From a virus: 60,134 nucleotides of DNA. Shown here in pieces: positions 50,749 through 59,558 of the stretch. The notes below the pieces were generated by a model that was not told where the DNA came from, did not search any database, and was given only the letters and a program-made list of their open reading frames with translations. The stretch covers positions 1-60,134 of IMG/VR virus record IMGVR_UViG_3300027365_000001. One strand, written 5' to 3'. Position 1 is the first letter of the stretch, and each line of letters begins with the position of its first letter. The translations under genes and the position numbers were made by a program.

Positions 50749-51846
50749 TTAGGCGTTCGGGTTGGCGGCAGCGGTGTCGATGCTGATCACACCGAAATCC
50801 TTGCCGTTGAAGCGGGACTTCTTGAAGCCGAAGATGGCGCCCGAGGCGACGGTCGGCTCGTTGCCGTAGTCCTTCAGCTCTTCCTCCCAGGTCCAGCGCA
50901 TGCCGCCTGGGGTGCCGTAGGCGACCACGCCAGCCTGGCGACCCATGAACAGGGCGCGACCGGCCTCGACGTTGCTGCCAGCGCCGTAGTCGCTGAAGCG
51001 GATGCCGTTGCGGTGCTCGTGCAGGACCACGTTGTTGATCATGCCCAGGCCACCCTTGAAGATCGGGTTGCTCTTGCCTTCAGCGGCAGCGGCGGCCTTC
51101 TGCACGTCCAGCCACTCGGAACCGGCGGCAGTACGCAGGTCGTGCGCCTGGAACGGGTTCATCAGCAGGACGTAGTGCTCTTCGCCTTCGATCGTCAGCG
51201 GCGCCATGTTGGCGGCATCCGGGTCTTGGGCCTGGAGCATGGTGGCGAGAACCTTAGCGCGCTCGATGACATTGCGGGTCATCTTGTCGTCAGCCGCCAG
51301 GGTCGCCTTGCTGGTGGCATCGCCGCCGTAGAGCATGTGGCCGGCATCAGGCGCCTGGATGGCGTTCTGCGCGCGACCAGCCCAATCGGTCGGGAACAGG
51401 AAGTCCTTGTTGATGCCGCGGGCACCGGACAGGTAGATGAACATCATCTCGTCCATGTACCGAGCCCAGTAGTCGGAGGCGCGATCCTTGGCGACCTTGC
51501 GCAGGTCGTGCGGGGTGCGCTTGCGGGTCATCTTGCCGCCGGCCGAGACAGCCTTACGGGTCTGGTCGATGACCACCTCGTCGGTGTAGAACTTCAGGCT
51601 TTCTTCCTTGCCCTCGAGGCGAGCATCGCCCTCGGTTGCTTCGCCGCGCAGCTGCACGGACAGGTCGAAGCTGATGCGGTCACCGGAGTCGGTTTCCAGC
51701 TCGGTCTTCTTCTGGATGACCGAGTTGTCGGACTCGCCGATGAACTTGCGCTCGAAGTAGGACTTTTTGATCTGGTCTACGGCAAGAGCCGAGGACCACT
51801 TTTTCGCAGCTTTCGGATCGCCGAAAGGAATGACGGTCTGAGCCAT
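50749..51846 (-). CDS. major capsid protein (N4-gp56 family, HK97 fold)
   Basis: MAQTVIPFGDPKAAKKWSSALAVDQIKKSYFERKFIGESDNSVIQKKTELETDSGDRISFDL... is the family signature as I recall it. It follows the scaffold gene. Confidence 0.9.
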   Translation of the reverse strand: MAQTVIPFGDPKAAKKWSSALAVDQIKKSYFERKFIGESDNSVIQKKTELETDSGDRISFDLSVQLRGEATEGDARLEGKEESLKFYTDEVVIDQTRKAVSAGGKMTRKRTPHDLRKVAKDRASDYWARYMDEMMFIYLSGARGINKDFLFPTDWAGRAQNAIQAPDAGHMLYGGDATSKATLAADDKMTRNVIERAKVLATMLQAQDPDAANMAPLTIEGEEHYVLLMNPFQAHDLRTAAGSEWLDVQKAAAAAEGKSNPIFKGGLGMINNVVLHEHRNGIRFSDYGAGSNVEAGRALFMGRQAGVVAYGTPGGMRWTWEEELKDYGNEPTVASGAIFGFKKSRFNGKDFGVISIDTAAANPNA

Positions 51847-51904
51847 GGAGCTACCCTCATGTGGATATGAAATAAATCCATAGGCAGCTCCTGCGCTCTA
51901 TGAC

Positions 51905-51939
51905 GGTCTGATTATCGGCGTGGCGGTTCACTTTTGCAA
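51905..51939 (-). promoter_or_regulatory. strong sigma-70-like promoter for the capsid gene: TTGCAA-N17-GATAAT
   Basis: On the minus strand: TTGCAA (51939->51934), a 17-nt spacer, GATAAT (51916->51911), then CAGACC. The 14-mer CGGTCTGATTATCG is identical to the one at 59209-59222. Confidence 0.6.
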
Positions 51940-51945
51940 CCGACC

Positions 51946-52146
51946 TCATGCAGACATGGCCGACAGCCCATTACGCAGCGACTGCGCCGCGGTGGACTGC
52001 CTGACCTTGTTGATGGGCACACTGCGATCGGCCTTGAAGACGATGCGTGCGGCCTTGCCGGATTTTTCCTCGAGCGTGATGACGGCAACGTCGCCGATGG
52101 TCACGCTCTCACCAGGCTTCAGGTCGATGCGCAGGGTGCTCTGCAT
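51946..52146 (-). CDS. CsrA/RsmA-like RNA-binding regulator (66 aa)
   Basis: LRIDLKPGESVTIGDVAVITLEEKSGKAARIVFKADRSVPINKV aligns with E. coli CsrA [46 protein letters not shown] (GE-S/T, IGD, V-V/I-T, RI; Arg44 position is Lys). High GC3 and AGGGA RBS. Confidence 0.65.
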   Translation of the reverse strand: MQSTLRIDLKPGESVTIGDVAVITLEEKSGKAARIVFKADRSVPINKVRQSTAAQSLRNGLSAMSA

Positions 52147-52155
52147 GATTTTCCC

Positions 52156-53022
52156 TTATGTGGAAAGGTAGGCTTCTTGGTCGGCCGGGCTCAGCTTCTG
52201 GAATGCCTTCTCGCGCGCCACCGGGTCGGCTATGCGGTCGATGTAGGCGAAACGGTTGCCGTCGTCGGTATCCGTCTGGTCAGCGGCCGGCACCTTCGCC
52301 AGGTTCGGAACGGTGGCGATCGGCTTGCGCGGCTTGGCCTGAACCTCGGGCGCCTTGTCGGCCTTCTTCTGGATCACGCCCTGCTCGACGCATAGGCCGT
52401 AAGCCTTCTCCAGGATCTCGCGCACGCCAAGGTCGGCGTTCTCTTCCTTGCTGGCGATGATCTTCACCGCGTTGTCCAGCGCAGCGAACCGCAGGTCGGA
52501 GAAGTCTCGCTTCACCCCGATCTCAGCCAGGAAGCCGTTGATCTGCGCCTCGCGCTCGTTGACCTGGCGCTGGTGCTCGATCTTGGCTGCCGTCTCGGCC
52601 TCCTTGAGCGCAAGGCGGATCTCCATGCGCTCGTCGTCCAGCGCCTCGACCTGGCTTTCGTACTCGTCGAACGTCAGTTCGCCATCGTCGTACTTCTTGC
52701 GCAGGTCGGCCTTGGCGGTCTTGATCTCGCCCAGGCGCTCTTCGGCCTTCTCCGGCGCCTCGGCTACCAGGATCGGCCCTTGCTGCTGCGAACGCTCAGC
52801 CCCGGATTCATCCCCCTCGTCGCTGTCATCTGCGCTATCGTCGGCTTGCTGCTCGCCGTCATCAGCGCCTTCAGCAGCATCGTCGCCAGCATCCGCTTCA
52901 GTTTCGTCGCCGGATTCTGTTTCATCGTCCTCTTCCTCGTCGGTTTCGGTGCCGTCGTCCTCTTCGAGCGCGGCGCGTTCCTCGGCGGTCAGGCCGGCGA
53001 GTTCTTCTTCGGTGTAAGCCAT
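52156..53022 (-). CDS. scaffolding protein
   Basis: Extremely acidic N-terminal ~90 aa followed by a helical region. It lies between the portal-side genes and the capsid gene. Confidence 0.75.
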   Translation of the reverse strand: MAYTEEELAGLTAEERAALEEDDGTETDEEEDDETESGDETEADAGDDAAEGADDGEQQADDSADDSDEGDESGAERSQQQGPILVAEAPEKAEERLGEIKTAKADLRKKYDDGELTFDEYESQVEALDDERMEIRLALKEAETAAKIEHQRQVNEREAQINGFLAEIGVKRDFSDLRFAALDNAVKIIASKEENADLGVREILEKAYGLCVEQGVIQKKADKAPEVQAKPRKPIATVPNLAKVPAADQTDTDDGNRFAYIDRIADPVAREKAFQKLSPADQEAYLST

Positions 53023-53033
53023 GGCTGTTGTCC

Positions 53034-53471
53034 TCAGTTGGTGGTCGGGCAGTTGGTGCAGCCTTCATTTGGGCCGCAGGTGCATTCGCCTGCGCGATCA
53101 TGCAGGCGCTGCTTCAGCTCGTAGCCCATCAGCGGCCACACCTTGGCGACGGCGTTCTGGCGCGCGATCTTGCGCCCCAGCTCGGCGTCGAAGTTCTCCG
53201 GGCTGGCACAGGCCGATTCACCGGTGACGGTGAAGCCGTTTCGCATGACCAGCACACAGAAGGTGATCAGCTCCAATGGCTCCAGATCACCATCATCGTC
53301 CCGTGGGAGTTCCGTCCCCACATACGTCTCGTTGAGGATCGCACCGTATCGGCCATCCGCTCCGGTGAAGTAGTGCTCGCTGGCGATGTTCGCCTCGATA
53401 TCAGCCGGCGTAACGCGCGGCGCGGTCAGGCCCTTGGCCTGGATTTCCTGCTCGATCTGGGGGTCGCTCAT
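53034..53471 (-). CDS. N4 gp49 / Sf6 gp66-family protein
   Basis: ...LITFCVLVMRNGFTVTGESACASPENFDAELGRKIARQNAVAKVWPLMGYELKQRL matches that family's core. Confidence 0.75.
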   Translation of the reverse strand: MSDPQIEQEIQAKGLTAPRVTPADIEANIASEHYFTGADGRYGAILNETYVGTELPRDDDGDLEPLELITFCVLVMRNGFTVTGESACASPENFDAELGRKIARQNAVAKVWPLMGYELKQRLHDRAGECTCGPNEGCTNCPTTN

Positions 53472-53482
53472 GGGTCTCTACC

Positions 53483-55744
53483 TCACATGGGTTGCGGTGC
53501 TGCACCATCCGGTGCGGGTTGCTGCTGCATAGCACCATCGGGCGCCTGCTGCATCTGCTGCATTGCGGCTTGCTCTGCCGCCTGCTGCTCGGCCATCGCC
53601 TGCTGCTGGGCGGCTTGCTCCTGCTGCATGCGCTGCTGATCAGTGGCCGAGACAAAGCCGGCCTCTTCCATTATGCCATCGGCCACCGGCAGAAGTCCCG
53701 GCGCCTGCATGGCGGTCTGGGCAGTGTTCACGGCGGCCTGCTGGATCTCCACGTTGGTCTTGGCGATGCCGGCGGCCTTGGCCTGGGCGTCCACTTCGTC
53801 CTTGACGGCCTTGGCGATCTTGGCGCGCAGCTCCGCCATGAACATCTCCTGCTGCAGTTGCGCCTGCTGCTGCTGCGCCTGCATGGCCTGCTGCTCTTCC
53901 GGGGTCAGCTCCTGGGCGTCCGGGTCGCGCTGGCCGGTCACCTGGCGGATGCGCTTGACCAGCTCGTCGCGGTTCGGCAGGTCCATCGTCTCGATCACCA
54001 GGTCCAGCATGACCATGGCGACCTGCGGCGGCAGGCGGGTCATCATTTCCATCAGCTGCTCGGCCTGGGCCTGGCGCATGGAGGCGCGCCACTCGGCGTC
54101 GGAGATCACGAAGTCGGCCTTCGAGCGCACGATGTCGTTCTCAGGCAGGCCGTCGTTCACGGTGATGTAGTCCGGCGTGCCGCGGCTGTTGGTGATGCGG
54201 AACTGCTTCTGCTCGGTGAAATACTGTTCGACCAGGCTCAGCTGCTTCTCGCCCTGCACCTGGACGGCGAAGCGCAGGTTGTCGAAGAGCTTGCTGGTGG
54301 ACATGGCGCCCTGCTCCTGGCGCGCCTGCACGGCAATGCCGGACGTGGCGTTGGTGGTCCGCCCCATCAGCTCGTCGGTGACGCCCGATACCGACTGGAT
54401 CATCTGGATCGAGCGACCCATCAGCTCGAGGTGCGCCGGCGCCAGGTCGCGGTCAACATTCAGCTCGAGGCGCTTGTTGGGCTTGACGACCAGCACGCCG
54501 TCCGGCCTGGCCACCTCTTCCATGAACTCATCCATGTCGGGCACTGCGCCCTCTTCCATGATGGTCTTGTTCGTGGACAGGATGAACAGCGCCTTGCTCG
54601 CGCGCTTGTTGATGTCCTCCTGGATGTCCTTCAGTCCGCGGATCACGCCATAGGGCAGGCCGTCGCGCCCGCGGCGATAGCCCCAGATCGGGGTGAAGGG
54701 GAAGCGGTTGTGCCGGTACGGGCTCTGGCCGAAGAACAGCAGGCCCTCGGTGGTCATCACCGCGCAGTGCATGCGCAGCATCACCCGCTCGGCGACGATG
54801 GCCTGGCCGGACTGCAGGGTCTTCATGTGGCCCGGATGCTCGGGATCATAGGGCTCGCCACCGAACTCGCCGCCCACCACCTTCTGCACGCGCTCTGGCT
54901 TGCGGAACCATATTTCGATCAGGCGAACGCGGTCACGGCGGGAATCCACGTTATCGATAGCGGAGCCTACGGTCGTCTCGCGCTCGTTCTCGGCGTAGTC
55001 CATCACCTCGTCGCCGTTGGCCAGGTCGTAGCCAAGCCGGTCGCCCACCTCGGCGGAGCGCTCGAGCAGGTGCTGCCGATCGGGGAACATGGCGATGGCG
55101 ATGTCGAGATCAACCCACTTGGTGCGGATGACGTAGCGGCAGTCGGACAGGTCGAACTCGGTCGAGGCCGAATCCCACAGCATGTTGCGCCAGGACTCGT
55201 AGCGGCTGTAAATCGGCTCGCCGTCGTCCTCGTCGGTTACGCCATCCTCGATCCAGCCGATTCCGACCTTCACGGCATCCTCGAACGCGCGGGAGCGGTG
55301 GAAAGGCGTGCGGTTCACGTCGCTCAGGTACTTGAGCAGGCTGGTCTTGCGCTCGGCCGGCTTCGAGTCTTCCTTGCCGCGCGGCAGGATGTTGAAGTCG
55401 GTGCGCCCGCGCTTCTCGCTGCCGATGATCCAGTTCACGGTCTGGCTGATGACGTTGTAGGTCAGAGGCGCTTGGCCGCGATCGCGCAGGGTGCGAGCGT
55501 CCTCTTCCGACCACTGGATGTTGTCGTAGAAATCTTCGTCCTGCGCCTGCTCGATGCGGTTGTCGTGCTGGCGATCCAGCTCGCGCTGGTAGTTACCCAT
55601 CAGCCGCTTGTGCAGGCGATGGTGCTCTTCGTTGTCCAGGACGTTGCCGCGGTGCTCGGCCGGCTCGGGATCGTCGAACGACAGCCGCGATTCGGGACCG
55701 CCCTTGATCACGCGCGTCGAGTTTTTATCAGCTAGATCGAACAA
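53483..55744 (-). CDS. portal protein with a long Q/A-rich C-terminal extension
   Basis: 753 aa directly downstream of the terminase region. The C-terminal ~150 aa are Q/A/M-rich helix. The start at 55744 is TTG after AGAGGG and overlaps the HNH gene by 13 nt. Confidence 0.85.
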   Translation of the reverse strand: MFDLADKNSTRVIKGGPESRLSFDDPEPAEHRGNVLDNEEHHRLHKRLMGNYQRELDRQHDNRIEQAQDEDFYDNIQWSEEDARTLRDRGQAPLTYNVISQTVNWIIGSEKRGRTDFNILPRGKEDSKPAERKTSLLKYLSDVNRTPFHRSRAFEDAVKVGIGWIEDGVTDEDDGEPIYSRYESWRNMLWDSASTEFDLSDCRYVIRTKWVDLDIAIAMFPDRQHLLERSAEVGDRLGYDLANGDEVMDYAENERETTVGSAIDNVDSRRDRVRLIEIWFRKPERVQKVVGGEFGGEPYDPEHPGHMKTLQSGQAIVAERVMLRMHCAVMTTEGLLFFGQSPYRHNRFPFTPIWGYRRGRDGLPYGVIRGLKDIQEDINKRASKALFILSTNKTIMEEGAVPDMDEFMEEVARPDGVLVVKPNKRLELNVDRDLAPAHLELMGRSIQMIQSVSGVTDELMGRTTNATSGIAVQARQEQGAMSTSKLFDNLRFAVQVQGEKQLSLVEQYFTEQKQFRITNSRGTPDYITVNDGLPENDIVRSKADFVISDAEWRASMRQAQAEQLMEMMTRLPPQVAMVMLDLVIETMDLPNRDELVKRIRQVTGQRDPDAQELTPEEQQAMQAQQQQAQLQQEMFMAELRAKIAKAVKDEVDAQAKAAGIAKTNVEIQQAAVNTAQTAMQAPGLLPVADGIMEEAGFVSATDQQRMQQEQAAQQQAMAEQQAAEQAAMQQMQQAPDGAMQQQPAPDGAAPQPM

Positions 55745-56292
55745 TTCGCCACCCTCTGCTGTGCTGGCTTCCCATGGTTTTGGTGAAAACCTGCGTTTTC
55801 GTTAGCTGCGGCACGAGCAGCGGCTGCGTGCTCCTTGTTTTCATAGTAGCCAAGCGAAATCAGCTTTCTGTTGCGGTAATAATACGCCTGCCACTTCTTC
55901 GCTCTATCATTCCAGCACACCCCGGTTACGCCAGACTTATTGTCCTTGCGCCTGCTCTCGTTCTTCTTGTTGCCTAGGACGGTTACCAATCTCAGATTGT
56001 TGAGGCGATTGTTACCTCGATCGTGATCTATATGGTCTATCTGCATCCCTTCCGGGATTAGACCGTTGACGATTATCCAAGCAGCACGGTGCGCAAGATA
56101 GCGCTTCTGTTTTACACAGAGGTTGTAATAACCGTCACGCGCAGGCTTGGTACACATGCGCGCACCAATGCCACCAATGCATCCAGGACCCTTCGTCTTC
56201 CTGAAAAACTCTCCAGTTTCTGGCCTGTAGTCAACGTGCGTAATCAGGTCTTGCCTGTCAGCCTCTGAAACTACCTTCGCAGGAGCGCTCAT
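55732..56292 (-). CDS. free-standing HNH homing endonuclease with a C-terminal AP2 DNA-binding domain
   Basis: HNH_3-type motif QIDHIDHDRGNNRLNNLRLVT. AP2-like segment SGVTGVCWNDRAKKWQAYYYRNRKLISLGYYENKEHAAAAR. Clearly lower G+C than the flanks. Confidence 0.85.
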   Translation of the reverse strand: MSAPAKVVSEADRQDLITHVDYRPETGEFFRKTKGPGCIGGIGARMCTKPARDGYYNLCVKQKRYLAHRAAWIIVNGLIPEGMQIDHIDHDRGNNRLNNLRLVTVLGNKKNESRRKDNKSGVTGVCWNDRAKKWQAYYYRNRKLISLGYYENKEHAAAARAAANENAGFHQNHGKPAQQRVANCSI

Positions 56293-56705
56293 ACTTCCTC
56301 GATAATTTCGGCCGTGGTCTGCCGGCCGCTTTCTTCCGTCACAATGGCGTCAGCCACTACCTTCGCCTCGGTCACAGGCTTGGGCGGCATCTTGATCAGC
56401 GCCAGCAGCGCGGACTGGATGTTGTCGGCCACCTTGAACGTCGCGCTCGGCCCAAGGCCAAGAATGCTGGCGATACTGCCTGCCGACTCCCACAGATACC
56501 GCGCGTCGTCGTACTTGTAGGCGGAGGATAGCGCGATCACGCATGGCTTGTAATGCCCGGGCGCCAGTACGCGGTAGGTCGGCAGCAGCACGACGCAGGG
56601 CTCGGAGTCGGCCACGGTTTCGCCGAGCCAGGTGAATACCAGGGTCAGCTCGCCATCTACCTTTTCGGCGTGGCGCTGGGATAGGTCGAGGATGTGGCGG
56701 GTCAC
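56289..56705 (-). CDS. hypothetical protein (138 aa)
   Basis: GTG 56705 overlaps the terL TAG by one base, with GGAG upstream. Translation (M)TRHILDLSQRHAEKVDGELTLVFTWLGETV... The track's longer ORF is R/P-rich and lies inside terL. Confidence 0.55.
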   Translation of the reverse strand: MTRHILDLSQRHAEKVDGELTLVFTWLGETVADSEPCVVLLPTYRVLAPGHYKPCVIALSSAYKYDDARYLWESAGSIASILGLGPSATFKVADNIQSALLALIKMPPKPVTEAKVVADAIVTEESGRQTTAEIIEEV

Positions 56706-58282
56706 TATGCGGTTCTCCAGCTTCTGGTGCGGCGAACGCTCGACAGGCTCGGACCGCGGCTTATGTTGATCAGTCCGCCGGCGTATGCCTGGGCGAGCTG
56801 GCGCAGGGCGTCGGCAGCTTCGGAGTGACCGCCGGTTTTGTCCGGCTGATCGCTCCACGTCTTCTGGCGCTCGCTCCATTTCTTGCGGTAGTTCTCGATG
56901 TGGATCAGGCCTTCCTTGCAGTGCACTTCGTCGAACCAGAGATTCGGGAAGAAGTCGCGCGTCTGCTGGATGCCCCAATTCACGTCGTCGATGCGCGGCA
57001 CGATCTCGAAGCGCACGCCGGGCATCAGCTCTTCCAGCATCTGGCGCGGGCTCTTGTTGACTTTCTGGCCCTGGCGGACGTGCTCGGCATCGTGCGGCAG
57101 GAACATTGTCTCCCAGATCACGCCCAGCGATTGCAGCCAGGCGACGGCATGGCTGTATGGCTCGCCCCACGCCTCGTAGAAACGGACGCAGCGCCACTCA
57201 TGGCCGACACGCTGGACGACCCAGATCGCGGTGCCGTCGCTGTTGCCGATGTCCCAGAAGGTGAAGCATGGCGTCGACTGGATCAGCGGCAGGGACTTGA
57301 TTCGGCCATCCTTGCGCGCCGCGGTCAGCTGCTTGGTGAAGTAGCAGCCCTCGCTCGACACCTGGAAGCACTCTTCGACGGTGGACGGGTACTCCTGCCA
57401 CATTTTCTGCTCGTCGCCGGAGAAGTCGCCATCGCGCACGGCGCAGTACCAGGCGCGGCGCTCGACCGGCAGCTCGATGCCGAGCTTCGACTCGAGGCTG
57501 TCAAAATACTCGTTGTCCTTTGGCGTGATGACCACGCCGTCCGGCTCCATCCAGTAGTCTGGGCCTTCGTACCAGGGGAAGAAATGCAGCCGGTAGTCCT
57601 TGCTGGTCAGATCCTTGCCGGCGTCGGCCAGGGCCTTGGCGCGCATGGTCATCAGGTAGAAGTCGCCATCGCGGCCTTCGGCGGTCGACTCGATGATGAC
57701 GACACCGCTCTTCGGTACGGCCGGCAGAGAGCCGGTGACGATCTCCCGGGCGCGGTGCGGGAACCTGGCGCAGATTTTTCCGAACTCGGAGACATGCAGG
57801 AATTGCATGGTGCCACCGCGCATGGAGGTGGATACCAGGATCGACGAGCCGTTGGCGAACACCAGTTCCTCGGCGCTCTGCTTGGTCAGCGGCATGGCCT
57901 GGCGCAGGATCTCGGGTAGGCGCTCATAGGCAAAGAGCACCTTGTCGCGGAAGAGTTTCTTCGCCGCGCCGTCAGTGTGCGCAACGATGCCGGCCTGGAA
58001 GTTCGGGGTGAACAGCGCGCAGTCCAGCGCGTAGATGCAGGCCCAGGTCGTAAAGCCAAGCTGACGGGCCTTCGGGATGATGTTGCGATACCACAGGTTC
58101 TTCGCCAGCCGACGCTGAGCCCGGTTCATGCGGAAGCGCACCACCAGGCCCTCGCCGTCCTCGTCCTCTTTGGTCTTCACCATGTAGAGGTTGTCCAGCC
58201 GCCAAAGAGGATCTGCCAGCGCCTGCTCGAGCAGGGCCGGGTCCAGTTCCTCGATGGGCGGAAACTCGACGCGCTCAGCCAT
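56705..58282 (-). CDS. terL: terminase large subunit
   Basis: 525 aa. ATPase region ...IIPKARQLGFTTWACIY... and ...VVIIESTAEG..., followed by a nuclease-like C-terminal half. Confidence 0.9.
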   Translation of the reverse strand: MAERVEFPPIEELDPALLEQALADPLWRLDNLYMVKTKEDEDGEGLVVRFRMNRAQRRLAKNLWYRNIIPKARQLGFTTWACIYALDCALFTPNFQAGIVAHTDGAAKKLFRDKVLFAYERLPEILRQAMPLTKQSAEELVFANGSSILVSTSMRGGTMQFLHVSEFGKICARFPHRAREIVTGSLPAVPKSGVVIIESTAEGRDGDFYLMTMRAKALADAGKDLTSKDYRLHFFPWYEGPDYWMEPDGVVITPKDNEYFDSLESKLGIELPVERRAWYCAVRDGDFSGDEQKMWQEYPSTVEECFQVSSEGCYFTKQLTAARKDGRIKSLPLIQSTPCFTFWDIGNSDGTAIWVVQRVGHEWRCVRFYEAWGEPYSHAVAWLQSLGVIWETMFLPHDAEHVRQGQKVNKSPRQMLEELMPGVRFEIVPRIDDVNWGIQQTRDFFPNLWFDEVHCKEGLIHIENYRKKWSERQKTWSDQPDKTGGHSEAADALRQLAQAYAGGLINISRGPSLSSVRRTRSWRTA

Positions 58283-58550
58283 CAGCGCCCAGGCCCTTGC
58301 GAAGCAGCGGCTCCTGCATGCGGGCGGCGCCGCAGCAGAGCAGGTAATGGGCGTCGGTCGGGTCGCAGTCTCCGATGGCGAATATCTCCAGCATATCGCC
58401 GTTCAGCACCACCGCGCATTGCGTCGCATCGCCGAACTCGCCTCCTTCAATGCGATCAGCTATCGAGCGCAGCACAGCCGGCACGTCGCGTAGCGTATGT
58501 GGGTGGATCGTGACGACAGGCGCAAGGGCCGGCTTCTTGCTGTCGGTCAT
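58275..58550 (-). CDS. hypothetical protein between terS and terL (91 aa)
   Basis: ATGA-coupled to terS and overlaps the terL start by 8 nt. Confidence 0.6.
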   Translation of the reverse strand: MTDSKKPALAPVVTIHPHTLRDVPAVLRSIADRIEGGEFGDATQCAVVLNGDMLEIFAIGDCDPTDAHYLLCCGAARMQEPLLRKGLGADG

Positions 58551-59110
58551 TCAGAACCACCTGGCTTCAGGGTCTTGCCGGCCAGCTGGGCGAACAACGA
58601 CGCGAGCGGGCTGTCCTCTTGAATGCCGTGGTCAACGTCCACCTTGTCGCGCCATTCTTCCTTGCGGCGGTTCTTCAGCCAGAAGATCGCGGCAGTCGTG
58701 TCCGGCGGGTAGTGCTTGATCAATGGGGTCTGGACGATCTGACCTTCGACCACCCTGATATCAACCTCTGGATGGCTATACCCAAGCGCGCGGTGATACA
58801 GAGACTGAGCAACGCGCTCGTCAGCTGCATCTTTCCCGACCTTTAGGGCCTCCGAAAATTCAGGTTGCATGACCTTCCAGCGGCTGATGGTGGACACCGC
58901 CACCTGGAAGAAGTCGGCCAGTTCGATATCTGTAGCGCCAAGCAGCGTTAGCTTCTTCGCCTGCTCCGCGTACTCGGGCCTGTAATCGGTCGGGCGGCCA
59001 GGCTTGCGCGCAGCTTTTTCGGCTTTCACCGAAGGCTTCTTCGCAGTCGATGTCTGGCGCTTCGCTGATTCGCGCCCCTTACCTGGATCAGACTGCTCGC
59101 CCTTTCTCAT
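58547..59110 (-). CDS. terS: terminase small subunit
   Basis: ...GRPTDYRPEYAEQAKKLTLLGATDIELADFFQVAVSTISRWKVMQPEFSEALKVGKDAADERVAQSLYHRALG...AAIFWLKNRRKEEWRDK is the classic HTH small-terminase pattern. Confidence 0.85.
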   Translation of the reverse strand: MRKGEQSDPGKGRESAKRQTSTAKKPSVKAEKAARKPGRPTDYRPEYAEQAKKLTLLGATDIELADFFQVAVSTISRWKVMQPEFSEALKVGKDAADERVAQSLYHRALGYSHPEVDIRVVEGQIVQTPLIKHYPPDTTAAIFWLKNRRKEEWRDKVDVDHGIQEDSPLASLFAQLAGKTLKPGGSE

Positions 59111-59209
59111 TGATCGGCCTCAAACTCGTATTGCTCATCTGGTGATAAGCCACACGCCAACAGTCGCATTGACCTTGGTCGTGGCTCGGGGCATTGACCT
59201 CCCCACGTC

Positions 59210-59244
59210 GGTCTGATTATCGAACCGAATAGGTATGAAGGCAA
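59210..59244 (-). promoter_or_regulatory. sigma-70-like promoter for the packaging/head operon: TTGCCT-N17-GATAAT
   Basis: On the minus strand: TTGCCT (59244->59239), a 17-nt spacer, GATAAT (59221->59216), then CAGACC, about 100 nt upstream of the terS ATG. Confidence 0.55.
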
Positions 59245-59342
59245 CCATAGGAGAAGAGAGTGGGCTCGAGTATTCCGAACTGGCCGCCGCGGGTGGGCTG
59301 CTTTCGGCGACCAGACCGGTGACGATGGGAACACCGCCGTCT

Positions 59343-59558
59343 TTACAGCCTGGCGCCCGTGATCATGTAATGACGCTCGCACACAGCCTGCGCTTCCTTG
59401 GGGTCAGTAACAGGGAAGTGCAGGAACTCACCCGATAGGCTGGCGCGGTACTGGTCCTGACCGTCGATGGTGAAGCGCGCAACCTTGTAGCCGGCATCGC
59501 TCACCGCCACGCGATCGAGGACATTGCCGTCCTTGTCTTTGGCCTTTGCCCATTTCAT
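59343..59558 (-). CDS. hypothetical protein (71 aa)
   Basis: ATGA-coupled to the upstream gene. Translation MKWAKAKDKDGNVLDRVAVSDAGYKVARFTIDGQDQY... Confidence 0.55.
   Translation of the reverse strand: MKWAKAKDKDGNVLDRVAVSDAGYKVARFTIDGQDQYRASLSGEFLHFPVTDPKEAQAVCERHYMITGARL

Noticed and set aside
59107-59382. 91-aa minus-strand ORF covering the terS upstream region
   Set aside because: The composition is poor, and it spans the predicted promoter and leader. There is no RBS.
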